Assembly (NCBI GenBank): GCA_951804945.1
Contig: OX638158.1
Location: 19,220,001 to 19,284,000, forward strand
Direction of reading: 5' to 3'
Source of the DNA: Podarcis cretensis
Taxonomy: Eukaryota
DNA: 64,000 nucleotides
Shown: positions 23,356 through 36,117 of the stretch, one piece after another
Layout: each line of letters opens with the position of its first letter
How positions within the stretch are numbered: the stretch's first letter is position 1
The notes under the pieces: generated by a model
Told to the model about the DNA's origin: nothing
Seen by the model: the letters and a program-made list of their open reading frames with translations, nothing else
Database searches by the model: none
Program-made: the position numbers and the translations under genes

Positions 23356-23983
23356 TGGGGGTGGGGAACCTCTCACCTGCAGGCATATCTTGGTCCAACA
23401 GGGCCCCCAATTTGTCCAGGCAGGCTATTTCTTCAAAATCACACCCACCTGCCAATCAGCTGTTGCCACACTGATGGGCAGGGAGACACCAGATAATGGT
23501 AGGGGGCATGGGCTTGCCTTCTGTGTTAGCTGCACAAACCAGTTCTCCACAGGGAACTGCAGAAGAATTTAACTTTCTGCTCATCCGCTGATGGAGAGGG
23601 GAGTTAAATCCTGCTGAGATCCCTGCAGAGAGCAGAATTGGAAGTCCCCACTCATCCGCTGAGGAGTGGAGACTTCAGTCCTGCTGCATGCTGCTTCAAA
23701 GCACAGTGCAGGGCTGTTGGAAAGCCCTTTTACAAAGAGCCTCAAGCTGCTACTTAAAGCTCCAGTTTTCCCAGGTTTAAAGAGCAGCACTGGGCTGTTT
23801 GCAAAACACTTTCCAACAGCCCTGCAGTGTCCTTTGAAGGGCTTCAAAGTGCAATGTCACACGGCATCATAGTGACGTCAGGTGATTGAGAGGTAGGCAC
23901 CCCGTACACCTGTCAAATTTGGCTCACCAGGCGTGGGGAAATAAGGATTTGGCTGGCCAAGCACAAAAATATCCCCACCCCTG
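23356..23983. mobile_element. Possible degenerate hAT-like non-autonomous element
   Basis: Ends ctgggggtggggaac and atccccacccctg are roughly complementary. Confidence 0.4.
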
Positions 23984-24275
23984 GTTCAAGTTGCCAGTGA
24001 GACATACAGCTCACTATGAAACAGAAAGCCAACCACCTGCTTTCAGCTTAATCTACATTACAAAAGGAAGAGAGAGGCAACGATTATGTGCACTACTCTG
24101 AGCTCCTTGAAGGAAGTGGGATAAAGATCAGTGGCAGTTGGAAGGAGAATTTGCAGCAGGAGAGTTCATGGTAGCCAGTCGAGCCCATATTAAGCAGCCC
24201 ATATTAAACAAAAAGTCACAAGACACTACACAAAGCCAACTTACCCAACCCATGGCCATTTCTAAAGTGTCTTAC

Positions 24276-24478
24276 CCAAAATTTGAGGGCTCTTGTTACC
24301 CTGGGAGCTGCTGCGGCTGGATCTGCTGCCTTTTCCTTTAGTGGGTCTTCTTCGCCTGCCTGACAGAGGAGCAGCAGGAGGGATGATTACTGCTGGAGGT
24401 ACCTTGCCCAGTTTCGTGTAAAGCAGTTCAATCTCCATCTTTTGGCGACTTTGAAGCTCTTGGATCTCTTTAAGGTGC
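24276..24478 (-). CDS. WNK1: WNK1 exon 25 (C-terminal coiled coil)
   Basis: 203 bp; HLKEIQELQSRQKMEIELLYTKLGKVPPAVIIPPAAPLSGRRRRPTK. Confidence 0.97.
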
Positions 24479-25409
24479 CTAAATGAACAGGAAAGGAAAG
24501 ATGTGTCACTTTTCATACCACTAAATCATCCCAATAATGGATGGACAAGAAGTGAACCCAAATTAGAAGCTATTTATCTAGGCATTATCCTATACAACTA
24601 TGGCTGCACACAGTATGACAGTGGATTACCACCCTCTCAGAGGAGTGCTCCAAACAGCATGCAACAGTGTAGGGCAGTTCAGGGCAGGCTAGTGAAGGGG
24701 GAGAAGCAAATAGTTTCAGGAGGAAAAGGGGAGAGAAAAAAATCCACCCCAGCATTCTCCTGTTGTACTAAGGATTTTATAGCTATATAAAGAGGGCGGG
24801 GACGAGAGGAAAGTGGGAAAAGTGGACATTTACTGTAAAGCACATGGACCATCGGTAGTTAAATTCTCTTCCCCTGCCCTTCATTTTCTCCCACTGCCAA
24901 CTGCCTACTCCTAGAGTTCACTGATACTAGATGAGCCTGGTTCCTTTGGATCGGAAATGGGGGACCTTGGACCACCATGTGTTTCAAGAACGTTAAGGTT
25001 TGGCCTATATATCAATATATGGACAGATGGTTGATACTTTACTTAATTGTGTTGATTTATTTTCTTGTGCTTCATTATGTTTTAATCACTGCAACCTCCC
25101 CTGAGTCTGTTTTTTTAAAAGAAATAAAAAGATAATAAACTAAGCTCATTAGCCCAAGTCAGCATGGCTAGTTGACAGGGATGATAGGAACTGGAGTACA
25201 AGAACATCTGGAAGGTCACAAGATCCCCACCCCTGGCTTAGATCCATTTTTCTCTCTTGGCTCAACTGCCCAAAGTATCCTGGAAGCCCAGAGGTTCTTT
25301 CCAAGCAGTTTTGGAACTGTTTCTCTAATTCTTTAATGAACGCTGAGGTCTGGTGCCTCCCCCCAATGCACCGTCACCCGGGATTCATCACTCCGGTCTC
25401 CCGTCACGC

Positions 25410-25710
25410 TGATGTGGTCCATATCCAGGGACATGAGCATACGACAAGCAGAGTTCAAAACAGAAGCTCAGCCTTGAGGAGTAACATCTAAGCCTAATTT
25501 ATTGCAAATTAAACCAAACATAACAGAACAAAGAAAACTCTCTTTCTGTCTTCCTCGGAGAGAGAGTTGCAAAAGCAAAAGCTATACAGAGCGGAAACAG
25601 CATATCTCAATTTCCTCTCACGAGACTCTAACAATCAGTGCTGGAATGTAAACAGACATGTGACATGTAACACACACATCTGCAGAACAGGAGGAATGAA
25701 ATTCTCAACA
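25410..25710 (-). mobile_element. Possible LTR (TG...CA) with an adjacent CpG-rich segment at 25340-25409
   Basis: TG/CA termini; AATAAA on the - strand near 25498-25503; no TSD found. Confidence 0.35.
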
Positions 25711-25808
25711 CTGAATCACCTGAATTTGCAATTAGCTAAAGTGAGAAAGCCAGAAGCATAGGAGCTCTCTGTACTTTAGTCCACTCATAAAACACCAAAG
25801 AGCTAGAC

Positions 25809-26054
25809 ATCTAGTCTGCTCATGCATTTTTAGCACCTAAGACTGAACAGTGTCCCAGACATCTCCAGTTCAAATCTTGCCTCTGCTGTGAACTCTCAGA
25901 GAAGCCCCTATTTTCTCATCCCCAGCTGCCTATCTAGTCTGCTCATGCATTTTTAGCACCTAAGACTGAACAGTGTCCCAGACATCTCCAGTTCAAATCT
26001 TGCCTCTGCTGTGAACTCTCAGAGAAGCCCCTATTTTCTCATCCCCAGCTGCCT
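25809..26054. repeat. Perfect tandem duplication, 2 x 123 bp
   Basis: 25809-25931 is identical to 25932-26054. Confidence 0.95.
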
Positions 26055-26269
26055 ATCCATTAATAAGGAGATGTTAATTGCAAGGAGGCACTCATTCCAC
26101 TAGAAAAACAGGGGACGAATGTTGTAGACCTCACTATACAAATTCCCTGCAAGTGTTGACTGCAAATAACTGTTTTTAGTCCCACTACATGGGATAAAGC
26201 TTTCAATCAAGTATTGCTTCTACTCATTATGTCCTCTTAAAAAAGTTGGGGGGGGGGGAGAGGACTTAC

Positions 26270-26913
26270 TTCTCTCGCAATTGGCGCAGCTCACACTTCA
26301 AGTCTTCATCTTCTATGTCCGACTCATTATCACTGCTCATGTACGAAGAGTTGAATGAGTTGCTAAGGCTCTGAACTGGAAGACTGATCTTTGACCCAGG
26401 TGGATGGAGAGAGTCTGGACTCCTTGAGCCATCATCTTGCTCCTTAGCTGCACCACTTAGGAAGGCAGCTTCCAGCTCAGACGATGGCCCATTCAGGTGC
26501 AGAGAATGCCTTCTCGCGATAAGCCCTGCTTTAGGAGTTTTGATGGGAGAAGAAACGTGCTCAGAGTTTACAGCCAGAGGGACTATTGCAGGGGCCTCTC
26601 TCTCCACACAGGTCACCTCATCTTGAGTTTTAGACACAGAAAACCGGCCCACTTGGTCTGTTGCTGTCGTCGTCACCTGGAAACGCCCAACCTTGGTTGG
26701 CTGCAAATTGGCGGTGGAAGTGTGTGAAAAAACTCCATCCACCACATCTGCAGAGGTAACAGCAATGGCTTCGGCTATTCCACTGGAGGTTGGCTTCACC
26801 AGAGTACTCTCAGGACTGCTGCTGCTAGACAAAGATGAGGAATCTGAGCTGCTTGTGTCGAAGTGCCTGGGCTTACTTCCACTCTCTTTCTGCTCATCCA
26901 CAGCTACTGACAC
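26270..26913 (-). CDS. WNK1: WNK1 exon 24 (RFQV and RFSV motifs, acidic stretch, coiled-coil start)
   Basis: 644 bp; VSVAVDE...PTKVGRFQV...VGRFSV...SSYMSSDNESDIEDEDLKCELRQLRE. Confidence 0.97.
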
Positions 26914-26980
26914 CTAGAGACAATAGAGACATACAGTATTATAGCCAGAGCACCTTTACAGAGTGGCACTTTACAAAGTA

Positions 26981-27279
26981 CAGTGGTGCCCCGCAAGACG
27001 AATGCCTCGCAAGACGAAAAGCCCGCTAGACGAAAGGGTTTTCCGTTTTGGAGGCGCTTCGCAAAACGAATTTCCCTATGGGCTTGCTTCGCAAGACGAA
27101 ATGTCTTGCGAGTTTTTCCGACTCCCCCCCCCTTTTTCTAAGCCGCTAAGCCGCTTATCTGCTTATCCGCTAAGCTGATAAGCCACTAAAAGCCGCTAAA
27201 AGCTGCTTCGCAAGATGAAAAAACCGCTAGACGAAGAGAATCGCGAAACGGATTCTTTTCATCTTGCGAGGCACCACTG
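26981..27279. mobile_element. Tc1/mariner (pogo/Tigger-like) MITE, intact
   Basis: TA TSD; TIR CAGTGGTGCCYCGCAAGAYGAA; internal repeats of cgcaagacgaa and agccgctaa. Confidence 0.88.
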
Positions 27280-27791
27280 TATAAGAGGATAGGTTCCTGC
27301 CTTGAGCAGCTTAGTCTGAAATTTGACACAGGGGATGCAGAACAAAAAGGAAAAGAAAGTGGAAGCAGGGTTAAACAGAAAAATATGTGGATCTGCTTCA
27401 CATGTATAGGATTAGTTACAGTTACAGTAAGGCACAGGAACTAAGGGTTGTTTGTGCCAAGGCTTCACATAAAAAGTCAGAACAATTTTAAACATTTCTC
27501 CCTCCAAAAGGAGCCAACCACTGCATTAGATCATTTTCTGATAAAAACTTGTGCTGACACCAAATACCATAGTCACAAGATGAAAGCAGAAAATGGATAA
27601 TGAGACAAGATGGGCATCTTTTGAAGAATGCTAGTAATGCTTAAAGAGCAAGAGTGTTGTTGATGCTGATGGGCCAGAGCAGCCATAACAGTTGTACAAT
27701 ATTGTCCCAGTCTCAGCTCCCTGTCTATAAAATAAGAACCATAAAAGTCATACAGTAGCTAGGGTAGACACAACAAAATGCTGTAAAATAC

Positions 27792-27865
27792 CTGAAAACG
27801 ACCCATCTTAAGAACTGCAACTCCTGAGGTGGTAGTTGTGGAACAGCTTCCTGCATCCTGAGACT
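27792..27865 (-). CDS. WNK1: WNK1 exon 23
   Basis: 74 bp; ESQDAGSCSTTTTSGVAVLKMGRFQ; the RFQ|V motif is completed by exon 24. Confidence 0.92.
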
Positions 27866-29592
27866 CTGAAATGGGGAAAAGTGGGAAGAGGATTTGCAAT
27901 TCAATTTTTTGCCCCCTGTGTTTGTGAACAAAATTCTCTGAGAAAAGTCAATCAGAAATGTGTTCCTCTAATTAGATCAAAGGAAGCTGTTACAAAACTG
28001 CTTTAACAGTTTCAGTTAAGTCATCTTACTTTTTTCTAGTTAACCAGGGATAGGTGGGGGCTTTGTTTTGGGAACACGCAGTATTCACCTTCTACAAAAA
28101 GGCATGTGGTACCTCATTTGAACATTTCCTTAACAAAAACTGATTCTTTTCATATTGGCTTTGACAACACATGACAGGATTCTACTCGCAGAAATTTTGC
28201 TTGTCTACCCAAGAGAAACCTAAAGGAATTACTAATATATTAACTCATTAGGCCCTATTGGAAGAGAAGAGCAAGCAATTCTTACAAGAGAAAATAACTT
28301 TAGTGTAAAACTAAAGTTGCAATGGGAAAACAATGACCTATTTCCTAAGGCTGTGCATGCCCCCCCCCAAAAAAAAACCTGGGCTAATGTGGGAAACACC
28401 AGGCCCAGATCTAGCCCCAAATCAACTGGGGGAGTGGAGAGGAAAGGAGCAAACTCTGCATCTCCTCCTACCTCATCCCAGGGCAGGATTTAATTCTGCT
28501 GGGAGCTGCTCCACCAGACCTTTTCCCACAGGGAGCACACTGGCAGAGCAGGGCCCGAAAGTTAGCGGGACTGAAACCTCCTGTTCATGAGTGGGGAAAG
28601 AGAGACAGTGCTCACTTCCCTCACCATCTGAGAGGTGCTGCAAAAGCAGAGGCTGGCAAGGAAGATGCAGTGTGTTCCACTTGAAAGGCCTCAAGGGACA
28701 GCTGGGTGGTAGCAAGGAATGGCGCAGTTGGGAGAAGCCTGAACTCCCAAGACCCAGCAGCATCCATGGGATGTGCTTGGTGCTTGCTTAAAGCGTAAGA
28801 TAGGCAGGAAGGGAACTTGTTGAGGCTGATGATGGGAGCAATGAGTAGTGTGGATGGAGGCGGCAGAAGCCAGACCCGCTGTAGGCACTTTCCTTATAGG
28901 TTCTTGTATGGCAACACAAATCCCTGTTCAGTTTCAGCAGAAGGAGCTGCTGGTGTGCTGGAGGAAATCAGGTAAGATTACAACAGCAAGAGAGACTTGC
29001 AAAATGAATACTGTTTTAGATGCTTACCAGAGAATTCAATCCTTCAGGGGTTTTTGCTGGAGTTTGCTGGAGAAACAGACTCCCTGCCTCTCCTGCATCC
29101 CAACCAATGCCCCACTCCCTAAAAGCCCCAGATTGTTCCAGGCAGCCCAACCTGGCTCAGTCTGGCGCTGCCTCTACCCAACTTGGGATTCCCCTCCTCC
29201 CTAACTGGCCCAATTCAGTTCAGGCTTCAGCCAAATCTGGTGCACAGCCTGAATATTTACAATGCCTGAGTGACCACAGTACAATCAAATCATTGTTAAA
29301 GAGCAAAAGGGAACGTGCTACCCATAAAAGCTACTGGGAAAAGAATGAACCCTACAGATCCTTTTAGTCACTGCTTAAGAGCAATCGTACTTTCACCCCG
29401 GGTCAAACTATCCACATAATCACTTGGGTGTTTTTTAATTATTATTCATTTGTTTTGAGGTAGAGTTCCAAAAGCCAATATTTTTGAGATTATAATCCTT
29501 TTGCACAGGATTCATGAACAAACCTCTAGTATAACAAACAGCAGACACCAAGTGTTTTTGTTCAGACATTGTTCATTCCAAAAGGTTCTTAC

Positions 29593-29662
29593 CAGTATTT
29601 GTAGGCTGTTCTGGTGCAGATGCCATTCCAGTAACCGTTGTAGAAGCCACTGATGGCAGAGG
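29593..29662 (-). CDS. WNK1: WNK1 exon 22
   Basis: tcatag|CCT...G|gtaaga; 70 bp, phase 0-1; PLPSVASTTVTGMASAPEQPTNT. Confidence 0.82.
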
Positions 29663-29978
29663 CTATGAAAAACACAAACAAACAAAATAAAGTTCACCAG
29701 AATATTCTAATTTCCTTTTTTTAAAAAAATAATTCAGGGCACTAATTTGCCCATAGTTATTCACGGGATCACATCAATTCTCTTAAGCTTCAGATACCAA
29801 AGCAAAGCACTGACGAGTATCCACTGTAGCAAGCCAAGGCCTCTCCTTAAGCAGCCTTCCCAAATCCAGTATCAGCATATGCAAGGCCATCCTGTTTCAA
29901 ATGATTCTGCACACACCACAGCATCTTAAAGTTGGGGAGGGGAAACCCTGAAAAAACAAGCTTTGCTGTTGCTAATAA

Positions 29979-30216
29979 CAGTCGTACCTTGGTTCTCAAA
30001 TGCCTTGGTACTCGTACATTTTGGCTCCCAAACACCGAAAACCCAGAAGTGTTCTGGTTTTTGAATGCTTTTTGGAAGCTGAACATCCAACGCAGCTGCC
30101 ACTCGAGTGCAGGAAGCTCCTGCAGTCAACCGGAAGCCACGCCTTGTTTTTTGAATGGTTTCAGGAGTCAAACGGACTCCCTGAATGGATTAAGTTTGAG
30201 AACCAAGGTTCCACTG
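29979..30216. mobile_element. Tigger-like MITE
   Basis: TIRs CAGTCGTACCTTGGTTCTCAAA and CAGTGGAACCTTGGTTCTCAAA; TA on the right flank. Confidence 0.8.
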
Positions 30217-31134
30217 TACAGGCCTTATATTTCATATAACACAATTTGTCTTCCATACAACTCCATTGCCTGTTTTCATAGTTGGAGAAAATGCTAGTTC
30301 TCACTGAGATGGTAAAGTTGTGTCTGGGCTGCAGGTGGAGGTTCACATGACTGAATACTATTCCACACACAAAAAACTTCAACACAGAAAACTTTTTAGA
30401 AGGGAAAAAATGTGTCTTATAGTGCGAAAAATATGGTATATATAAAGAGTAGAGAATGGTGTATGTAATTATGAGGAGCATAGCATGATGTAGGGCCTGC
30501 ACATACACGGAGGAATACATAGACCTCTACATGTATAAATGGAGTCTAAAATAAGGTATGTGGTGCCTATTTTATACTGAAGGGGTAGTAAACATGATTG
30601 ATTTGAGTAAAATCTGGAGGGCAACTCTCACCAGACCCAGCTAGCATGGCCAACAGCCGGGGTTGATGCAAGTTGTAGCCAACAATATCTGGAGGGTAGC
30701 GCATTGACCACTCCTGCTTTTCCATTTAAAAAAAGAACACAAGAATCAGGTTCAATCACAATTAAAATACTACAAAACAAACAGTATGGAAACAGGCAAT
30801 AAACCAATGACACCTTTGTTCTAAGCCAATAATCTATTTTGTCCCTGGTGCCTCCACTCATCATAGCTGCAAGAGACGACTGCCTCTCCCAATCTCTAAG
30901 CAAAGAATCCTGCTTCCCTCGTTAGCCACATAAATACTTGTACTCCAGAGCTTGTGGTGGGCCAAATGAAACCAACTGCTTCCTGCTCACCCCTCCAGCC
31001 CCTGGAAATGAATCTTGCAAGTTGTAAGCCCTTAGTAAACATGTCTCTTCTGCCCTGGGCTTCCATCACACAGAAGCAGTGCAGACGCAGATGGGCATGT
31101 TGAACTTTTTGGTCACTAGTTCAGCAAAACTTAC

Positions 31135-31218
31135 ACCGGCAGGAGCTGATGTTGGAACATTTTCTGGACTCAAGGCTCTTCTCAGCTGGGCATCCAAGTC
31201 CTCCAGAGGTTGCTGGGA
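31135..31218 (-). CDS. WNK1: WNK1 exon 21
   Basis: 84 bp; SQQPLEDLDAQLRRALSPENVPTSAPAG; donor gtaagt. Confidence 0.94.
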
Positions 31219-31769
31219 CTGCAGGAAGTAGGAACAGTTAGCTGTTGCCCCTTTAAACCTTGCTATACATGTAACATCTAAACTATTTTGAATTCCACAA
31301 CAGAATTCTGAAGTGACATCAGAAATTCAATGATTAAGCAGAAGACCACAATATGATCATCTTTTAATCATAGAACATTCACGAATGTGACTTTACTTCA
31401 CCATAATGTCATTTACGACAACATACAATGCAGCAGTCAAGCTTCTCGGAAGCTAATGTTTTTAAAGAAACCTAGTGAAGAGTCCAGAACTTGTGTGTTT
31501 GTGTATTCCACAGCCCTCAGTCACTTAAGACACAGACACAAAGCCTCCTTCAGAATAATCCTGTGTGGGCACCTTGGAAACTATTTTATTGGGATAAATG
31601 TTTGTAGCCAACAGCCTACTTGAGGTGTATAAAGTGAACTGAGAATGGACTGCTGCTTACATGATATATACCCAGAGTTGAGGTGCACTAAACTTTCAGA
31701 GAACAGTTATTTCCAGTTTTCAACAGCTATATGGCAGGAAATAAGAGGAGAGATAAATGGGCACATTGT

Positions 31770-31880
31770 ATGGTATTCAATTATGCTTTACTCAGTGTAG
31801 AACACTGAAATTAATGGACCTAAATTAGTCAAGTTCATTAATTTCAATTGGTCTACTCTGAGTATAGCTTAGTTGAATTT
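31770..31880. repeat. Palindromic interspersed repeat (related pieces near 34330-34420 and 37565-37620)
   Basis: tactcagtgtagaacactgaaattaatg...cattaatttcaattggtctactctgagta inverted arms. Confidence 0.5.
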
Positions 31881-32603
31881 CACCCTTAATACAAGCATCC
31901 TTGAGCCAGTCAGGTGACTGTTGAGATGTCAGAGTCGCATAATACTCTGGGCTACATTTTTCTACCCATCCAACATTTAACGCACTGTCATTTACAAAGT
32001 TTCCAAAAGAATCACTCCTTACTGCTCAGTAGATGTCTGTTGAAAGCAAACAAGCTACATGATGTTATTATATGACCAATGCAAAAGTCAACTACAATCA
32101 AATCCGTTCAATCCATGTCTTGGCACCTCAATAAAAACCTCCATATAAACCAGTCCTTAGCCTTCATAGGCAAACACAGTTGTTTTATCTACCCCATAAT
32201 CTAGGAATCAAAGGAACCAGCTCATGTGCATTCATTAAATTTCATCCTTTACACTTCATCCATCTGTTTCAGACCTTGGAGAACATCTCCATGGATTCAT
32301 TTTGTTTCCCCAAAGTACTAAAATATAAGAATCTGGCTCTAATTATACATGACTGTATTGATGACTCCATACCTCAATCAACTTATGACGGAAGTAGAAT
32401 ATCTGCTATTAGGCATGCAATGCCACATAATATCAGACTAATATTTTTGAGATGTTTCTTTCCATCATGTTTGTAGGACAAAGCCTAGAAATTGTTCTCC
32501 AGATAGGTATGAAACCCATTACAGGCCATTGTGGAAACGAGATATTACACTTACCCAAAGTGTGCCTCATCTTACGTTTCCTACAACAACTTAAGCATGG
32601 TTA

Positions 32604-32948
32604 AAGGTAAAGAGACCCCTGACCATTAGGTCCAGTCGTAACCGACTCTGGGGTTGGGGTGCTCATATCACTTTAATTGGCCAAGGGAGCCAGCGTACAG
32701 CTTCCGGGTCATGTGGCCAGCAAGACTAAGCTGCTTCTGGCGAACCAGAGCAGCGCACGGAAACGCCGTTTACCTTCCCGCCAGAGCAGTACCTATTTAT
32801 CTACTTGCACTTTGACGTGCTTTCGAACTGCTAGGTTGGCAGGAGCAGGGACCAAGCAACGGGACATCATCCCATCACGGGGATTCGAACCGCTGACCTT
32901 CTGATCAGCAAGTCCTAGGCTCTGTGGTTTAACCCACAGCGCCACCCG
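32604..32948 (-). mobile_element. Sauria SINE, second subfamily, slightly 5'-truncated
   Basis: Same head and core; TSD taagcatggtta at 32592-32603 and 32949-32960. Confidence 0.92.
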
Positions 32949-33331
32949 TAAGCATGGTTAGCATTGTGTTATAAAGGAATAGTATGAAAACAGAAAGAGA
33001 GGCCTAAGTAAAAGTATAAAAATATACCTTTAATTGCTATAATTTATTCAGGAGTTTGTTTACATATCCAGCCATGAAAATATCATAGCAGCATTGACTG
33101 ATGAGGTGACTAAGGTTAGTTTAGAACAGGCATCCTCAAACTCGGCCCTCCAGCTGTTTTGGGTCTACAATGCTGACCCCAAGAAAGTACAATTAGCATT
33201 AAACTAGTGCTCATGAAGTTCAGCAGCTTTTATTTCTTTGTGGGGCTTGGACATTGGGGCACAGCATTCTTCAAAGGAAAAAAGGAGCATCAAATGAAGA
33301 AACCATTTCAATTTTTATAAAAGAAAGGTTA

Positions 33332-33692
33332 AAGGTAAAGGTAAAGGTACCGCTGCCCGTACGGGCCAGTCTTGCCAGACTCTAGGGTTGTGCGCTCATC
33401 TCACTCTATAGGCCGGGAGCCAGCGCTGTCCGCAGACACTTCCGGGTCACGTGGCCAGCGTGACAAGCTGCATCTGGCGAGCCAGCGCAGCACACGGAAC
33501 GCCGTTTACCTTCCCGCTGGTAAGCGGTCCCTATTTATCTACTTGCACCCGGGGGTGCTTTCGAACTGCTAGGTTGGCAGGCGCTGGGACCGAACGACGG
33601 GAGCGCACCCCGCCGCGGGGATTCGAACCGCCAACCATGCGATCGGCAAGTCCTAGGCGCTGAGGTTTTACCCACAGCGCCACCCGCGTCCC
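33332..33692 (-). mobile_element. Sauria SINE, full-length, same subfamily as the 19.5 kb copy
   Basis: Very similar to 19550-19917; TSD aaaagaaaggtta at 33319-33331 and 33696-33708. Confidence 0.92.
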
Positions 33693-33806
33693 TAAAAAAG
33701 AAAGGTTACTCAGTGTAAAAAAAAGTATAGAAAGAAATAACATGCAATAGGGTTTAATTTAAACATGCTCTTTGAAAAGGGAAAAAAAGAGAAGCAGATA
33801 TAGCAC

Positions 33807-33890
33807 CTGAGTTAGTGTAGGTCCTGGAAAGGGTGGCAGCGGCTCACTGGCTGGAGTGCCAGCTGGAAGTTCAGAACCTACCAGTGGCCC
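33807..33890 (-). CDS. WNK1: WNK1 exon 20
   Basis: 84 bp; GPLVGSELPAGTPASEPLPPFPGPTLTQ. Confidence 0.9.
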
Positions 33891-36117
33891 CTATGAATAG
33901 ATGGTAAAATTCAAGTTCAGTCACAGAAGAAAAAGATTGTAACATCATATAGAAAAAAGAAAATTCGCTGTAGAAGCTTTAATACTGAAGGAGTACCATT
34001 AACAAAATAGAAACAAATTTTGAGACAATGTGCTTTGACTCAACCACCACAAATGCTAAAACATGGTCCAGCACTTGGATGCTTTGCCACCTTTTTCTGA
34101 CTTCCCATTTCCATAGTGTTGCCCCTTCTCTGCTCACTCCCTAGCAACTGCTTATCTCTCACTAACCCTGGTACAGATTTCCTACCCTCCTACCTGTTAC
34201 TGGATTGATAGTGGGATCTGGGTTATTTGACTGTAAACATAAAGTGCAGCGAAAGCTATTAGAGGGAACACAATCAACCCCCGTATTTAAGGGCAGTTTG
34301 AACAAGGCAATACACAGCCAAGTTTTCACAGAATCATAGAGCCATTAAAATGAATGAACGTTACTAAGGGAGCAACTAATTTCAACAGGTCTACTCTGAA
34401 TAAAACTTAGCTGACTACCACCCAGACCAGGTAAAGGCTCTCAAAGGTCGATGCCAGAGTTGCCTTTATACTCATTTCATACATGGACCTTTTTTCTACC
34501 CATGTTACTTTCCTATATGAAAACTACTCTACACAGAAGCTTGTAAACTCATGTGGCAGTTTTATTTTGTTTTGTAACACGTAATACTGTACCTAGTTTT
34601 CCAGCCGACTAATTGCGGTCCCTGCATAAAATAGTGTCATATGTGATATAGCCCCAAGTGGAGGAAAATACTTTTAGCAGTCTTCTCCAAACAATTCTTA
34701 AGATAACACTGTTATCTCAGATACTGATTCATGAGACATAGTTAGGCACAGCAAACATTACAGAAATCCACAGTGCCTAGTATTACAATCTTATGGCACT
34801 TATGCTTAGAAACCTATTACCATTCTACAACAAAGCATCTGTTGTAGCCATTTTGATAGAAACTACTGAATGTGTATTATTGTTTACACACCATGCTATA
34901 CTGAGAGGAAAAAACCTCTCTTCCCATGCAAGTAGTTTGCAGTATGGCATGTCTCAAGCCATCCTTTGATGCACAAGTACATTCAGAAGGTCTGGCTAGC
35001 TAAAGTAAGTATTTGTGGATTACGGTTACTGTAATTATTTGCAAGGCTGATCAACCAAAAGTGTAAAAAGGAGCTAACAAATGGATGGATGGTGCATGTT
35101 TGGGTTTAGTTGAATTCATAAAAACTAGCAGTCTACTGGGTGTTTTATTAAAAGAAGGTTGAACATGCAAAATGCAAGGAAAAACTCAGCTAAGTTACAA
35201 AAAGGTTGTTAGATAAGAGGCAGTAGAATGAAGCACATCAGTCTCATAGCAAAGTTAGACAGAACATTCCAGCGACTTCCGTATGTAATAATAGAAATGA
35301 AAGTTTAAAAGGTAAGGTGCGGGATCTCTGAACACTCTCTCAACTCCCTCTTAAAAACACATAGCTGTACAAATTTCAGCCTGGAATAATCACTGTGTAC
35401 AGTACTTTTTGGCAACATGAATGAACTGAAAGTTAGTGCTATTTACTTTTGACACTGGACAGTTTTAGGAAACAATTGACTACACAATCTGATACAAATT
35501 TCTGTGAACACCACAAATCTTTTCCAACTGTAGTTTCCCCTGTAGAATTTATATCGATGGCACAGCCCATGTTTATCATAGAACTACAGTTAATATGTCA
35601 AGTGTGCCATCAGACTACAAAACCTACTACATACTTTGGCACTTAACATCTTCTCTATTTACTGAATGTACATGTCACAAAACAGAACTCATATGCCCAC
35701 CCAAAAACAGCTAACAATGTGTGGACATGCATGCTCCACATGCATGTTTCTTGTTACATCTTAATAAATTGACGCTCAGCTGCAAACTGCAACGACTGTC
35801 TTAATGTTGGTCAGATGTTTGCCTTGCATTTGAAGAAGTTGCCATGGCTATTGGCCACCCAGAATGTGAATTGAAATGAAAACAGCCCATGGTGCTAGTG
35901 ATACATTATTTCTTCCTTGTTTTGTACACAATGAGGTCATGGCAAGCACCAATACTTAAGAGGTATGCAAACAAATGGGGGAAAGAACAGCTGAATTAAA
36001 GCACTAAATGCACAGAACTGACCGTGGAAGGAATAGCTAAATGTTCCAGGTCAGTCTTAGAAGGCTCCTAGCTTAGGATATTTTAAAACGCATTCATAAG
36101 ACCACTGGATTCCTTAC

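Noticed and set aside
24241-24275. Second GTAAGT donor 31 nt past exon 25
   Set aside because: Its use would include an in-frame stop; the proximal donor gives the expected exon
28473-29367. Cluster of 65-118 aa ORFs in WNK1 intron 22
   Set aside because: No recognisable homology; the candidate acceptor near 28960 leads to stops in all three frames
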